Notes: generated by a model from the sequence alone, not told the origin. 62,362 nucleotides of DNA, filler included, from 3 parts of 3 records of this genome joined end to end with filler, not necessarily neighbours in it; one strand, 5' to 3'. Positions 43,201 through 53,179 are shown, counted from the first letter of the whole stretch. Program-made: numbers and translations.

Positions 43201-44387
43201 ATCGAGTTGCCGTGATTCACGAATGGTTAACGACTTACGCAGGCTCTGAGCGGGTGGTCGAGCAGATGCTTGAGATGTTCCCCGACAGTGATCTGTACTG
43301 TGTTGCGGACTTCCTTTCTGGCGACGATCGACGTTTCTTGAAAGGGAAGACTCCGACAACAAGCTACGTACAGAAGCTGCCATTTGCCAAGCGATTCCTG
43401 CGGCATTACCTCCCATTCATGCCTGCGGCAGTCGAGCAGTGGGATCTGGCCGATGCCGACATCGTCCTCTCATCCAACCACGCCGTTGCGAAGGGAGTGA
43501 TCACGGGCCCAGATCAATTGCACGTCAGTTACGTTCACACACCGATTCGATACGCCTGGGATTTCCAAGCTCAATACCTGCGGGAGTCCAATCTCTCGTG
43601 GGGTGTTCGAAGTATGTTGATTCGCGGAATATTCCATTACATCCGAGCTTGGGACCAGTCATCGGCCAATCGTGTCGACCACTTCGTTGCCAATAGCAAC
43701 TTTATCGCCCGGCGGATTGAGAAGTGTTACCGCAGAACCGCCGATGTCGTATACCCGCCGGTTGATATCGAAGCGTTCCCAGCACACTACGACAAATCAG
43801 ACTACTACATAGCAGCCTCGCGATTGGTTCCCTACAAGCGAGTGGACCTGATCGTCGAAGCCTTTCGAAAGATGCCAGACAAGAAACTGGTCGTCGTCGG
43901 TGACGGCCCCATGTACAAAAAACTCGCCAGCGAGTGTCCCGCCAACGTAGAACTGCTTGGCTATCGTCCGCACGCTGAACTAGTGAACCTGATGCAGAAG
44001 GCAAAAGCGTTTGTCTTCGCTGCGGAAGAGGATTTTGGCATCATGCCAGTTGAAGCCCAGGCATGTGCAACACCAGTCATCGCGTTTGGACGCGGTGGCA
44101 GTCTCGAAACTGTTCAGGAAGGAGCGACCGGCTACTTCTTCCGTGAACAATCACCTGAATCATTGGCAGAAGCTGTCGAGCAGTTCGAGGGGCCGTCCAA
44201 CCGATTGGATCTCGGGTACATACGCCAGCGATCGGAATACTTCCGGCCGGAACGCTTCCGAGACGAACTTTCGCAGGTCATCGAAAGAGCGTGGGACGCC
44301 TTTGGTCGCCCGAAAGCTCAGGACACAGAATCAAATCACGCATCAGACAACTCATTAAACGAATCCCCAAGGCCCGTTGCCGTCTAG
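43197..44387 (+). CDS. GT4 glycosyltransferase (WbaZ-like putative mannosyltransferase)
   Basis: HEWL...GSERV, YVHTPIRYAWD, SRLVPYKR and EEDFGIMPVEAQAC; ATGA overlap with the previous gene. Confidence 0.92.
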   Translation: MNRVAVIHEWLTTYAGSERVVEQMLEMFPDSDLYCVADFLSGDDRRFLKGKTPTTSYVQKLPFAKRFLRHYLPFMPAAVEQWDLADADIVLSSNHAVAKGVITGPDQLHVSYVHTPIRYAWDFQAQYLRESNLSWGVRSMLIRGIFHYIRAWDQSSANRVDHFVANSNFIARRIEKCYRRTADVVYPPVDIEAFPAHYDKSDYYIAASRLVPYKRVDLIVEAFRKMPDKKLVVVGDGPMYKKLASECPANVELLGYRPHAELVNLMQKAKAFVFAAEEDFGIMPVEAQACATPVIAFGRGGSLETVQEGATGYFFREQSPESLAEAVEQFEGPSNRLDLGYIRQRSEYFRPERFRDELSQVIERAWDAFGRPKAQDTESNHASDNSLNESPRPVAV

Positions 44388-44443
44388 CCAGTGGCCAGCC
44401 ACCCCGCCGTAGACCACTGTTAGCGATAATTGAAAGTAGAAAA

Positions 44444-45997
44444 ATGAGTCACCTTCCACATTCCCATGAAGGCCTAGACCTCATCGCAGCCTGCTTCAAC
44501 CACAAGAAAAAGATGGTTGCTCTGGCCTGCCTGATCATGGGGCTAACTATTGCCTATACTTTCGTTGCCAAGCACAAGTACACTTCCGAGGCGCAGCTAT
44601 TTGTTCGCCTTGGCAAGGAGACCGTGGGCCTCGATCCGACCGCAACGACCGGCAAGACAATCAGTGTTCAAGAGTCGCGTGAAAAGGAAATCTACTCCGT
44701 ACAAACATTGATGCGTAGCCGAAACGTTCTTGAACAAGTCGTTGATTCGGTTGGCGTTGACAAGATTCTTGAGACGGCGGAGTCGTCCGAAGAAGAATCA
44801 AGTCTGCCAATCGACCTAGGTTTTGTTAAGACCCTCAATCCGCTGTATGTCGACAGTCCACGAGACAAGGCGATCGAATCGCTAGGCAAGGGGCTGGAGA
44901 TCTTCACACCGCGAAACACTGCCATCGTCGGCCTGCGATACGAGACAAACAGCCCTGAATTGGCTGCTGAGGTACTTGAAAATGTGATAGCGTCGACAAT
45001 CACCGAACACGTTCGTGTGCACCAGTCGACAGGCTCAAGCTCTTTCTTTATCGCACAGTCGACTCAATTGAAGGAGCAAGTCGACGCACTTCAACGGGAG
45101 TTGCTCGAGTTCAAGAATGAGACCGGAGTAGCTGATCTAACGAAACAACGCGAGCTTCAAATTGCACGCATTGCCCAACTTGAAAACTCCCGCCTCGCAG
45201 CACTCTCAGAACTCGAGGGCGTACGCAGCGAAATCGATTCTCGACGCGAGATTCTTGCGTCGCAGCCCAACGAAGTCCAATTGCAGGCGACGACAGGGTT
45301 GGCCAGCAGTGCAGCCGAAGGCATGCGTGAGCAACTCTTCACGCTCCAGATTCGCGAAAAGGAGCTGCTGACACGATACGAGCCAAGCCATCCGCGGGTG
45401 ATTCAAATCAAGGAACAGATTGCGGCTGCACAAGCTACAGCCAAAGGCGAAGATGCTTTGACGCAGCGAACCGTCGGCCTTAACCAGAACCGGCAATCGA
45501 TGGAATCAGCCCTGATGAATCAACTTGCCATTGCCTCCTCCCTGGAAGCCCGCAAGAAGGTACTCAGCGAGCAGATTGAAGAAGCCAAGGCGGAGCTAAC
45601 CGGAATCAACCAGAACGAGATTCGACTTTCCGAGTTGAATCGCAAGCTGGAATTGGCAAACTCCACGTACCTTGACTACGCTCGCCGCAGTGAACAAGCC
45701 CGGATCGACGCGGCCCTGGGCGACGAAAATCTATCCAACCTCAGCATTCTCCAGCCACCAAGTCTGTCCAAAATTCCGAGCAGCCCCAAGCTGAGTCTCA
45801 TACTGTTTGCTGGATTCACTCTGGCAATCTTTTCAAGCATGCTGATGGCGATTGCGTTTCAGTTGCGTGACCATCGTGTTCAGTCGCCCACCCACCTGGA
45901 ACGACTCGATACACCGTATCTTGGCGAAGTTTCTCATCTTCCGAAGAAGCGAATTCTGGCGAGCGAAGAGTCAGAAGAAACGGCTGACGTGGGATGA
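44444..45997 (+). CDS. Polysaccharide co-polymerase (GumC/Wzc N-terminal, PCP-2 type)
   Basis: N-terminal TM plus YTSEA, long coiled coil, Y.P.HP.V and a Pro-rich motif before the C-terminal TM. Confidence 0.88.
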   Translation: MSHLPHSHEGLDLIAACFNHKKKMVALACLIMGLTIAYTFVAKHKYTSEAQLFVRLGKETVGLDPTATTGKTISVQESREKEIYSVQTLMRSRNVLEQVVDSVGVDKILETAESSEEESSLPIDLGFVKTLNPLYVDSPRDKAIESLGKGLEIFTPRNTAIVGLRYETNSPELAAEVLENVIASTITEHVRVHQSTGSSSFFIAQSTQLKEQVDALQRELLEFKNETGVADLTKQRELQIARIAQLENSRLAALSELEGVRSEIDSRREILASQPNEVQLQATTGLASSAAEGMREQLFTLQIREKELLTRYEPSHPRVIQIKEQIAAAQATAKGEDALTQRTVGLNQNRQSMESALMNQLAIASSLEARKKVLSEQIEEAKAELTGINQNEIRLSELNRKLELANSTYLDYARRSEQARIDAALGDENLSNLSILQPPSLSKIPSSPKLSLILFAGFTLAIFSSMLMAIAFQLRDHRVQSPTHLERLDTPYLGEVSHLPKKRILASEESEETADVG

Positions 45998-46668
45998 TAG
46001 TTGGCGAACAACATTTACAACTTGCCGCGCCCAAAGCGGTGCACCCTCTGCTTTACCAGTACGTGCCCATTCTCGAATCAGCGGCGCGACGCGCTGAAGT
46101 CGTTTCCTCTCGAACAGGAAATGCATTTCGGCTTGGCGTTACCAGCATGGAGACGGGAACGGGTGTGAGCACGCTTGCGGCGAACCTTGCCTTGGCAGCG
46201 GTTAAGATCGTCCGAAGAGGCACAACACTGGTCGAAGCGAACTTGCTGCGTACTTCGATGATGGATAGCTTTGACGCGGAGTTTGACGGTAAAGCTGAGT
46301 GCCCGGGCTTCGGTGATGCAGTCCTTGGACTTTGTGAGGCAGAAGAAGTCATACATCCGTCATTAACCGCAGGACTCTCCCTGGTTCCTGGCGGGAATGC
46401 CAAGACCGCAAGGCAGTTGTCCGAAGCGACTGACGTAGCCTTGGAGACCACGCTTTCAAAAATACAAAGTGATGAAAACTGGCTCGTCGTTGACCTGCCA
46501 CCCAGTTCCGGACCGTTCACTCAGGCAGTCGCAGCCTGTCTGGACGGCGTGATTCTGCTTGTCTACGGAAACCACACCTCGCGCGTCCGTCTAAACCAAG
46601 TGGTCGGGGGCTACGCAAAGCTGGGGATCCCTGTGCTAGGAACCGTGTACCGGCACATGTCCCCATAA
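45994..46668 (+). CDS. CpsD/CapB-like BY-kinase domain protein with degenerate Walker A
   Basis: VTS...GTGVSTLAANLA, LVEANL, VVDLPP, DGVILLV and LGTV; overlaps the co-polymerase stop. Confidence 0.8.
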   Translation: MIVGEQHLQLAAPKAVHPLLYQYVPILESAARRAEVVSSRTGNAFRLGVTSMETGTGVSTLAANLALAAVKIVRRGTTLVEANLLRTSMMDSFDAEFDGKAECPGFGDAVLGLCEAEEVIHPSLTAGLSLVPGGNAKTARQLSEATDVALETTLSKIQSDENWLVVDLPPSSGPFTQAVAACLDGVILLVYGNHTSRVRLNQVVGGYAKLGIPVLGTVYRHMSP

Positions 46669-46674
46669 CAGCTT

Positions 46675-49600
46675 TTGTCATCGCAACTACGCTTCAGTCG
46701 ATCCAATTGTCCAAAACACCGTCGCCCAGCCGTGTCGAATTCACCAGAAACTCGATTTGATCTTCTGCAACACCGATCACCTCGATCTTCCGAGGAGAGC
46801 TGTGGTGAGGGGATCGTACCGGCTCTGCCGCCCCGCGAAAGCCCCGTGCAGTCGCATCAGACGGAACCAAAGCCTGGAACGATTACGGATTTCGATTGGA
46901 GCGATGATCCTTCACTCGCTTGCTTGGTCACAAGTACTGCCCGCCGCCTACCGAACAATATTGCCATCCGATGCGGCGGTACCGCGCTATCTTATGAAGA
47001 ACTCGATAGGCGTTCCAGCGCGATTGCCCACGAGCTGCTTCGACTAGGCGTGCAAGTAGGCGAAGTAGTCTGCATCGTTGCTGATCATACCGCCGAGTCG
47101 ATTATCGCAATCGTCGGTGTCTTGAAGGCAGGAGCGGCCTATCTGCCACTCGATGTGCAACTGCCACCCGAACGTTTGTCGTACTTTGTTGAAAAGGCGG
47201 ACGCCCGATTCGCAGTCGGAAACGCCCTACCAGCCGGACTCGATGGCTCTTTAAAATTGGTCCGTCCGCAGAATGTAGAAGTTGCACCTGAGTCATCAGA
47301 TGGAAGCCGCGGGCAACTTCCCGCTCCAGACGCCGAGAGACTGGCCTATGTTCTCTTTACGTCGGGCTCTACCGGAAAACCCAAGGGCGTAATACTCAAC
47401 CATCGTGGACCGGTCAACACAATCCGCGATATCAATAATCGATTCGCAGTCTGCAGCGACGACAAAACACTCTGTCTATCGGCACTGGGATTTGATCTCT
47501 CGGTTTACGATTTGTTCGGAATGTTCGCGGTTGGAGGAACGGTTGTCCTGCCGACACGGAAGCAGAGTCGCAATCCGTCTGAATGGTTGCAGCTAGTCCA
47601 AGAGCACGGCATCACAGTTTGGAATACTGTCCCCGCCCTGATGGATATTCTCGTAACGGCGACCAGCGATGAGAAGGCGCTGGACTCACTCGAGACAATT
47701 ATGCTTAGCGGTGATTGGATTCCACTCACTCTTCCGGATCGAATTCGCAAGTTGGTACCGAGAGCGAAGATTTGGTCTCTCGGTGGCAGCACCGAAGCCT
47801 CGATTTGGAGCGTCTTCTACGAGATTGAAGAGGTCGCGGAACATTGGACCAGTATTCCGTACGGCCGGTCGCTTCTCAATCAACGCTGCTATGTTCTAAA
47901 CCAGAAAATGGAGCAGTGCGAGGTCGGAGAGCCTGGCGAGTTATGCATTGCCGGAGTCGGCGTTGCATTAGGTTACATCAACGACGGCGAACGAACCGAC
48001 CAGCAGTTTGTTGCCGATCCATTTGATTCTAGGGACAACGCGAGCAAATTCTACGGTTCCGGTCTCTTGTACAAGACCGGGGATCTCTGTCGCTATGACG
48101 CAGACGGAGTGCTCGAGTTCCTTGGCCGTATGGACAGACAGGTCAAGATCAATGGACACAGAGTTGGTTTGGGCGAGATCGAGAGTGAACTCGTTAAGCA
48201 GACTGGCGTTGTAGATGCGATCGCAAAAGTCGTCACCTCAGATGCAGGCCAACGTCTAGTAGCCTATATCCGCGTGTCCGACGAAACGAACTCGCCCGAT
48301 CAAGCAGCCATTCTCGCCGAACTCAAGTTGCACCTGCCCAGCTACATGGTCCCCTCGCAGATCGTGTCGCTCACCCAATGGCCGCTGTCACCGAACGGGA
48401 AGATTGACTACGCGAAGTTGCCATCGACGACGGACGAATCGCTTGAAATCACTTCGGACCAAAACGATGCGGCGGAGCAACACGAAGGCACCGAGCGTTG
48501 GCTTTCCGACACGCTATCGGAACTCCTGCGAGTGCCCTCGGTTCCCCTGGATCAGTCATTCTATTCCTCGGGCGGCACGTCCTTGACCGCGCTCACGCTA
48601 ATGGCTCGCACCCGACAGGCGTTTGGCGTCGTATTGGATTACAAGACAATCCTCGACCGCGATCAGCCCCTTCGATCACTGGCTGCTGCAATCGATGAAG
48701 CTGTTGACAGCCTGCCGCCTGAAAGCGCCCGAACACTGGAGTTGGCATTCGCCCCTGGCAATTCTCAAACTGCACCGCTGTCCTACCAGCAGCGGCAAAT
48801 GTGGATCGTCAACGAGATCGAAAGCAATCGGACTCGCTACAACGTCCCACTTGCTTACGAAATCGCAGGGGACGTTGATCAAGCCGCACTGGCAAAAGCA
48901 CTCAACACTATTGTGGACCGTCACCATGTCCTGAGGACCGTGATCGATTCTGCCACAGAATCCGAGCATGACTCTACGGACCAACTCACTCAGCGAGTCA
49001 TCGATCGAGACTCAGACGTATTGAAGATCACACGGCTTTCTTCATCCAACGACGAGCCGCTGGAGAAGCATCCCGAGGTGCAAAGCTTCGTACGAAGTCC
49101 TTTCGACCTTAGCACTGAGGCACCATTTCGCGCAAGCCTATTCACGGGCACAACAAGCAGTTTACTCGTCTGCGTCTTTCATCACATCGCCGTTGACGGG
49201 CAATCAGTGGGCATCCTGAACCGGGAACTCGAGGCGCTTTACGCGTCCGAATGCGGTCTTATTCAGCCTGCGGAAATGCCGGAATTGGTTCAGTACGCCG
49301 ACTACGCGCGTGCGCAGCAATCCAACTCCGACGCAAGGCCGCAGAGTCGCGAGCGCAATCGAGAGTTCTGGTCACAGGAACTGGCTTCACCGCCACCGCC
49401 GGTGTCCTTACCAAGTGACTTCACTAAAGGCTCTGCGGCGTCGAATCAGCCCGAGGGCGAAACTGTCCGCTTTACACTGCGCGGCGAAACCGTGCATCGC
49501 TTGCGTGAATTTGCTGTCGAGAAGCAGACCACTGCTTTCGCAGTCCTACTGAGCTCGCTAAAGGTGCTGCTTAGCAGGTATTCGGGGCAAGAGGATCTAA

Positions 49601-52600
49601 TCGTCGGAACAACCGTATCCACGCGAGATCTGATGGAGATTGAGCGCACAATTGGCTACTTCATTGGCGTCCTCCCCATCCGCAGTGAGATCACGCCAGA
49701 ATCGCAATTTGCGTCGATCTGTGAGCAAGTTCACCAGCGGACGATCTCGGCGCTTTCCCACAAGGACTTTCCGCTGGAGGAAATGCAAGCGAACCTTGCC
49801 AGTGAAGGATCGCCGCAAGAACTATTCAACGTCTTGTTCGTACTTGAAGACGATCAACCGGCCCCTCAACTTGGCGATGCGGTTGTCACCGAGCGAAAGC
49901 TTCACACAGGAACTGCCAAGTTTGACCTGTTGGTGTCTGCGATCGACGCCTCTACGGAAATCAACGTTGAGTTGGAGTACAACGCTCGGAAGTACTCGCG
50001 CGACCGAATCGAACAGTTCGCTCGGCATTTCGAAATTGCCGTTGAACAATGCCTTGACCAACCCTGCAGCCGGGTTGCAGAGCTCCCTATCGCGGACAAC
50101 CATAGTGTTTTGGGACGACCTCTGACGGATGAGCAGCCCGGTAGCACTGAGCTTGACCAGCCATCTGGATCCATCATGGCTGCAATCCAGACGCAGTGCG
50201 AAACGAATCATGGTGCCGTCGCAGTTCATTTCGCCGAAGCTCAGTACACTTACGCGGAACTAAACCGTGCTTCAACAATCATTGCGTCGCGAATGACGGA
50301 GCAAGGTGTTGCCGCGGGCGATCTCGTTGGAATCCACGTCAGCCGGTCTCCACAGATGATCGCGTCTGTTCTTGGCGTGTTGCGATGTGGTGCCGTCTGC
50401 GTGCCGGTCGACCCAATCCTGCCGCAACAGCGAAAAACGGAGATCATCCAAGCAGCCCGGCCGAAGCTGATCTTGACCGACCAGCAAGAACAATCCGCGA
50501 GTATGAACTTCGTCCAAGCGCTGGACAAACTTGCGATTGTCGACGTATCGGATTCCTTCAACGATCGGGCCAGTGAAACAACCCAAGGTTACTATTCGCA
50601 CGACACGAGCGAGCTGATCTACGTGCTCTTCACGTCAGGTTCGACAGGCGAACCCAAGGGCGTCAAGATGCCGTTTGGTGTTATCAACAACCTAATCCAC
50701 TGGCAACTCAGTCAGTCGGCCTCGAGAGGTGCCAAGAGTACTTTACAGTTCGCTTCGCTGGGTTTCGATGTCGCGTTTCAGGAAATTCTGGCAACGCTTG
50801 CTTCTGGAGGAGCACTGCACGTTGTCGACCAGCCGACGCACGCAGACCTCAACTCACTTTGGGACACGCTAGTTCAGGAACGGATTGAGCGGGCGTTCCT
50901 GCCTTACGTGGCCCTGAATGGCCTATGTGAGATTGCAAAAACGCGTGGCGAAAAATGCAGCCTTCGCGAGATCGTGACGGCGGGCGAAAGATTGGTGATC
51001 ACGGATACGATTCGCCGATTCTTCGAATCACACTCCGGTTGCAAGCTGACAAATCAGTACGGACCAACAGAGTCGCATGTTGTTTCTTACTACGACTTGT
51101 CGGGCAAACCCGAGAACTGGCCCAGCAAGCCTCCTATTGGCGTTCCTGTCCAGGCCGCCGAACTTGCCGTTGTTTCGCCGGACCGAGTGGCCATGCCAAG
51201 AGGCTCCGAGGGCGAACTTTGGATCGGCGAACAATGCATTGCATCTGGCTATCTCGACGGAAACGATTCCAGCGACGCCAGATTCATCGAATCCACTCTT
51301 CCTGGGTACGACAGCAGGAAGTGGTATCGAACGGGCGATGTTTGCCGAGTCAACTGGGAAGGGCAACTTGAGTTCATTGGCCGGAACGACGACCAAATCA
51401 AAGTTCGCGGCAATCGAGTAGAGCTCGGTGAGGTCGAGGTTCAGTTGCATAAGCACACCGGTGTTCTGCACGCTGCGGTTCTTGCCAACAGCAGCTCTCA
51501 TGCAACCAGCTTGGTCGCGTTCGTCGAGCCTACGGATGCACCGCTTGAACCTGCCAGTATGCAGGCGCTCGTCCACGACCTGAAGGATGCGTTGACAAGC
51601 AAACTGCCAGATTACATGGTGCCCTCCACGATCTACATTCGTGATCAACTGCCCAAATCGGTCAACGGCAAAGTGGACCGTCAACAACTGCGATTAGAAC
51701 TCGCGAAGCTGGCCGAGGACCACGGTGCGAGAAGAGACCGTCAATCAGAACAAGCGGTAGTCGACGATCCGTTTAGCAAGTCGGTAGCCAGTATTTGGGA
51801 ATCGGTCCTCCGTTGCCCGGTCGATTTGAACAGCAACTTCTTCGATTGTGGCGGCAATTCGCTGGCTGCTGCGATCATGTTTGCACGACTGCGAACAACT
51901 CTCGGTGTCAAGGTCTCGATGTCGATATTGGTGGCCAACCCAACACTTCAGCAATTCACTGCGACTCTGACGCAAGACGTTGCATCAAAAAATGAGGTTC
52001 GCGGAGTTGTCGTCTTGGGAGAATCGGCTGAACGTAGTGTCAGCACGGCGGATCCGGTCTACTGTTTGCCAGGGATCGACGGTCACTTCCTCAACTTTCG
52101 CGCCCTCGCGCGACGGCTCAGCGAGGAACGAAACGTCTTTGGGCTCGAACCCATCGGTTTGTTCGATCTTGGCAAATCTAAGTTGAGCTTTGAAGAATTA
52201 GCGGCTGAACAGATACGAGCTCTTCGCCAGCAACAGCACACCAGCATCTATCATCTTGTCGGTTTCTCCTTCGGAGGCGTCTTGGCTTACGAGATGGCTC
52301 AGCAGCTCTGGCGAGCCGGCCACAGGGCTACACTTTGCATGATCGACGCTACTCCAGGAGTACCTGTTCCGTCATCGACGCTGCAGAGCTTTGGATTCCA
52401 CGCGCGGCTGCTTTCGACACTACCTTGGGGCCAGTGGCCGACGTACTTGAATCAACGGCTCAAGGCAGGATATCTTTCGATTCTCCACCGCGCCGGAGCG
52501 ATCAGCCTTGACGACAAGATTCGACGAGTGATTGATTTGGATGAATCGTATGGACGTGTTGCGGCCGCGAATATGGTCGCGTTAGAAGACTATCGCCCAC

Positions 52601-52878
52601 AACCATCGCTTGGACCAGCGACGTTATTCCGTGCGCGTATTCGCGCCAAAGGCGGTAGCGGCGGCGACCCAACGGCGGGTTGGCAACCATACTTCCAAGA
52701 GCAGGACCTTCGCCTTTACGAGGTTCCCGGCGCTCACACAAACATGCTCGCCGAAGACCAAGTCAGCCAACTCTCCCACCACATCCAACGCCTCCTCAAC
52801 ACGCCCCCTCAACACGCCTCCGCGCTAGAGCCCTCCGGCAAGAACCTGTCTTCCAAAAGTTCGTGGTCCCGCCTTTAG
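46675..52878 (+). CDS. Two-module nonribosomal peptide synthetase, A-T-C-A-T-TE
   Basis: A1 (FTSGSTGKPKG, YKTGD, NGKID), T1 (GGTSL), C (HHIAVDG), A2 (FTSGSTGEPKG, YGPTE, YRTGD, NGKVD), T2 (GGNSL), TE (GFSFGG, GAHTNML). Start uncertain: TTG 46675 or GTG 46732. Confidence 0.95.
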   Translation: MSSQLRFSRSNCPKHRRPAVSNSPETRFDLLQHRSPRSSEESCGEGIVPALPPRESPVQSHQTEPKPGTITDFDWSDDPSLACLVTSTARRLPNNIAIRCGGTALSYEELDRRSSAIAHELLRLGVQVGEVVCIVADHTAESIIAIVGVLKAGAAYLPLDVQLPPERLSYFVEKADARFAVGNALPAGLDGSLKLVRPQNVEVAPESSDGSRGQLPAPDAERLAYVLFTSGSTGKPKGVILNHRGPVNTIRDINNRFAVCSDDKTLCLSALGFDLSVYDLFGMFAVGGTVVLPTRKQSRNPSEWLQLVQEHGITVWNTVPALMDILVTATSDEKALDSLETIMLSGDWIPLTLPDRIRKLVPRAKIWSLGGSTEASIWSVFYEIEEVAEHWTSIPYGRSLLNQRCYVLNQKMEQCEVGEPGELCIAGVGVALGYINDGERTDQQFVADPFDSRDNASKFYGSGLLYKTGDLCRYDADGVLEFLGRMDRQVKINGHRVGLGEIESELVKQTGVVDAIAKVVTSDAGQRLVAYIRVSDETNSPDQAAILAELKLHLPSYMVPSQIVSLTQWPLSPNGKIDYAKLPSTTDESLEITSDQNDAAEQHEGTERWLSDTLSELLRVPSVPLDQSFYSSGGTSLTALTLMARTRQAFGVVLDYKTILDRDQPLRSLAAAIDEAVDSLPPESARTLELAFAPGNSQTAPLSYQQRQMWIVNEIESNRTRYNVPLAYEIAGDVDQAALAKALNTIVDRHHVLRTVIDSATESEHDSTDQLTQRVIDRDSDVLKITRLSSSNDEPLEKHPEVQSFVRSPFDLSTEAPFRASLFTGTTSSLLVCVFHHIAVDGQSVGILNRELEALYASECGLIQPAEMPELVQYADYARAQQSNSDARPQSRERNREFWSQELASPPPPVSLPSDFTKGSAASNQPEGETVRFTLRGETVHRLREFAVEKQTTAFAVLLSSLKVLLSRYSGQEDLIVGTTVSTRDLMEIERTIGYFIGVLPIRSEITPESQFASICEQVHQRTISALSHKDFPLEEMQANLASEGSPQELFNVLFVLEDDQPAPQLGDAVVTERKLHTGTAKFDLLVSAIDASTEINVELEYNARKYSRDRIEQFARHFEIAVEQCLDQPCSRVAELPIADNHSVLGRPLTDEQPGSTELDQPSGSIMAAIQTQCETNHGAVAVHFAEAQYTYAELNRASTIIASRMTEQGVAAGDLVGIHVSRSPQMIASVLGVLRCGAVCVPVDPILPQQRKTEIIQAARPKLILTDQQEQSASMNFVQALDKLAIVDVSDSFNDRASETTQGYYSHDTSELIYVLFTSGSTGEPKGVKMPFGVINNLIHWQLSQSASRGAKSTLQFASLGFDVAFQEILATLASGGALHVVDQPTHADLNSLWDTLVQERIERAFLPYVALNGLCEIAKTRGEKCSLREIVTAGERLVITDTIRRFFESHSGCKLTNQYGPTESHVVSYYDLSGKPENWPSKPPIGVPVQAAELAVVSPDRVAMPRGSEGELWIGEQCIASGYLDGNDSSDARFIESTLPGYDSRKWYRTGDVCRVNWEGQLEFIGRNDDQIKVRGNRVELGEVEVQLHKHTGVLHAAVLANSSSHATSLVAFVEPTDAPLEPASMQALVHDLKDALTSKLPDYMVPSTIYIRDQLPKSVNGKVDRQQLRLELAKLAEDHGARRDRQSEQAVVDDPFSKSVASIWESVLRCPVDLNSNFFDCGGNSLAAAIMFARLRTTLGVKVSMSILVANPTLQQFTATLTQDVASKNEVRGVVVLGESAERSVSTADPVYCLPGIDGHFLNFRALARRLSEERNVFGLEPIGLFDLGKSKLSFEELAAEQIRALRQQQHTSIYHLVGFSFGGVLAYEMAQQLWRAGHRATLCMIDATPGVPVPSSTLQSFGFHARLLSTLPWGQWPTYLNQRLKAGYLSILHRAGAISLDDKIRRVIDLDESYGRVAAANMVALEDYRPQPSLGPATLFRARIRAKGGSGGDPTAGWQPYFQEQDLRLYEVPGAHTNMLAEDQVSQLSHHIQRLLNTPPQHASALEPSGKNLSSKSSWSRL

Positions 52879-52923
52879 ACGGAATATTACTGCTATCTAG
52901 TTCGTAGTACCGCCTTTAGGCGG
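52859..52923 (+). repeat. Two tandem GTAG-family REP copies at the contig end
   Basis: GTTC-GTGGTCCCGCCTTTAGACGG (degenerate) and GTTC-GTAGTACCGCCTTTAGGCGG; same family as 32960-33077. Confidence 0.78.
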
Positions 52924-52925
52924 AA

Positions 52926-53025
52926 NNNNNNNNNNNNNNNNNNNNNNNNNNNNNNNNNNNNNNNNNNNNTTAATTAATTAANNNNNNNNNNNNNNNNNNN
53001 NNNNNNNNNNNNNNNNNNNNNNNNN
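52926..53025. other. Artificial contig spacer
   Basis: N44-TTAATTAATTAA-N44. Confidence 0.99.
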
Positions 53026-53026
53026 G

Positions 53027-53158
53027 TCCTGCGCCGGTATCGACCCGAACGAACGTGTGGTCGATGGCCTGATGGCTTTCGTGGCCAACGGGGTGCGGAC
53101 CTCTGTCGCCCTGTCGCGCGAGGAAAGCGAACGCCGGAACCAGGCCGAAGCGGCCTGA
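53027..53158 (+). CDS. C-terminal fragment of an unidentified protein
   Basis: Open frame SCAGIDPNERVVDGLMAFVANGVRTSVALSREESERRNQAEAA* with GC3-rich codons, followed by a terminator. Confidence 0.4.
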   Translation, partial: SCAGIDPNERVVDGLMAFVANGVRTSVALSREESERRNQAEAA

Positions 53159-53179
53159 TCTGTTAAACACTGCTGCCAC

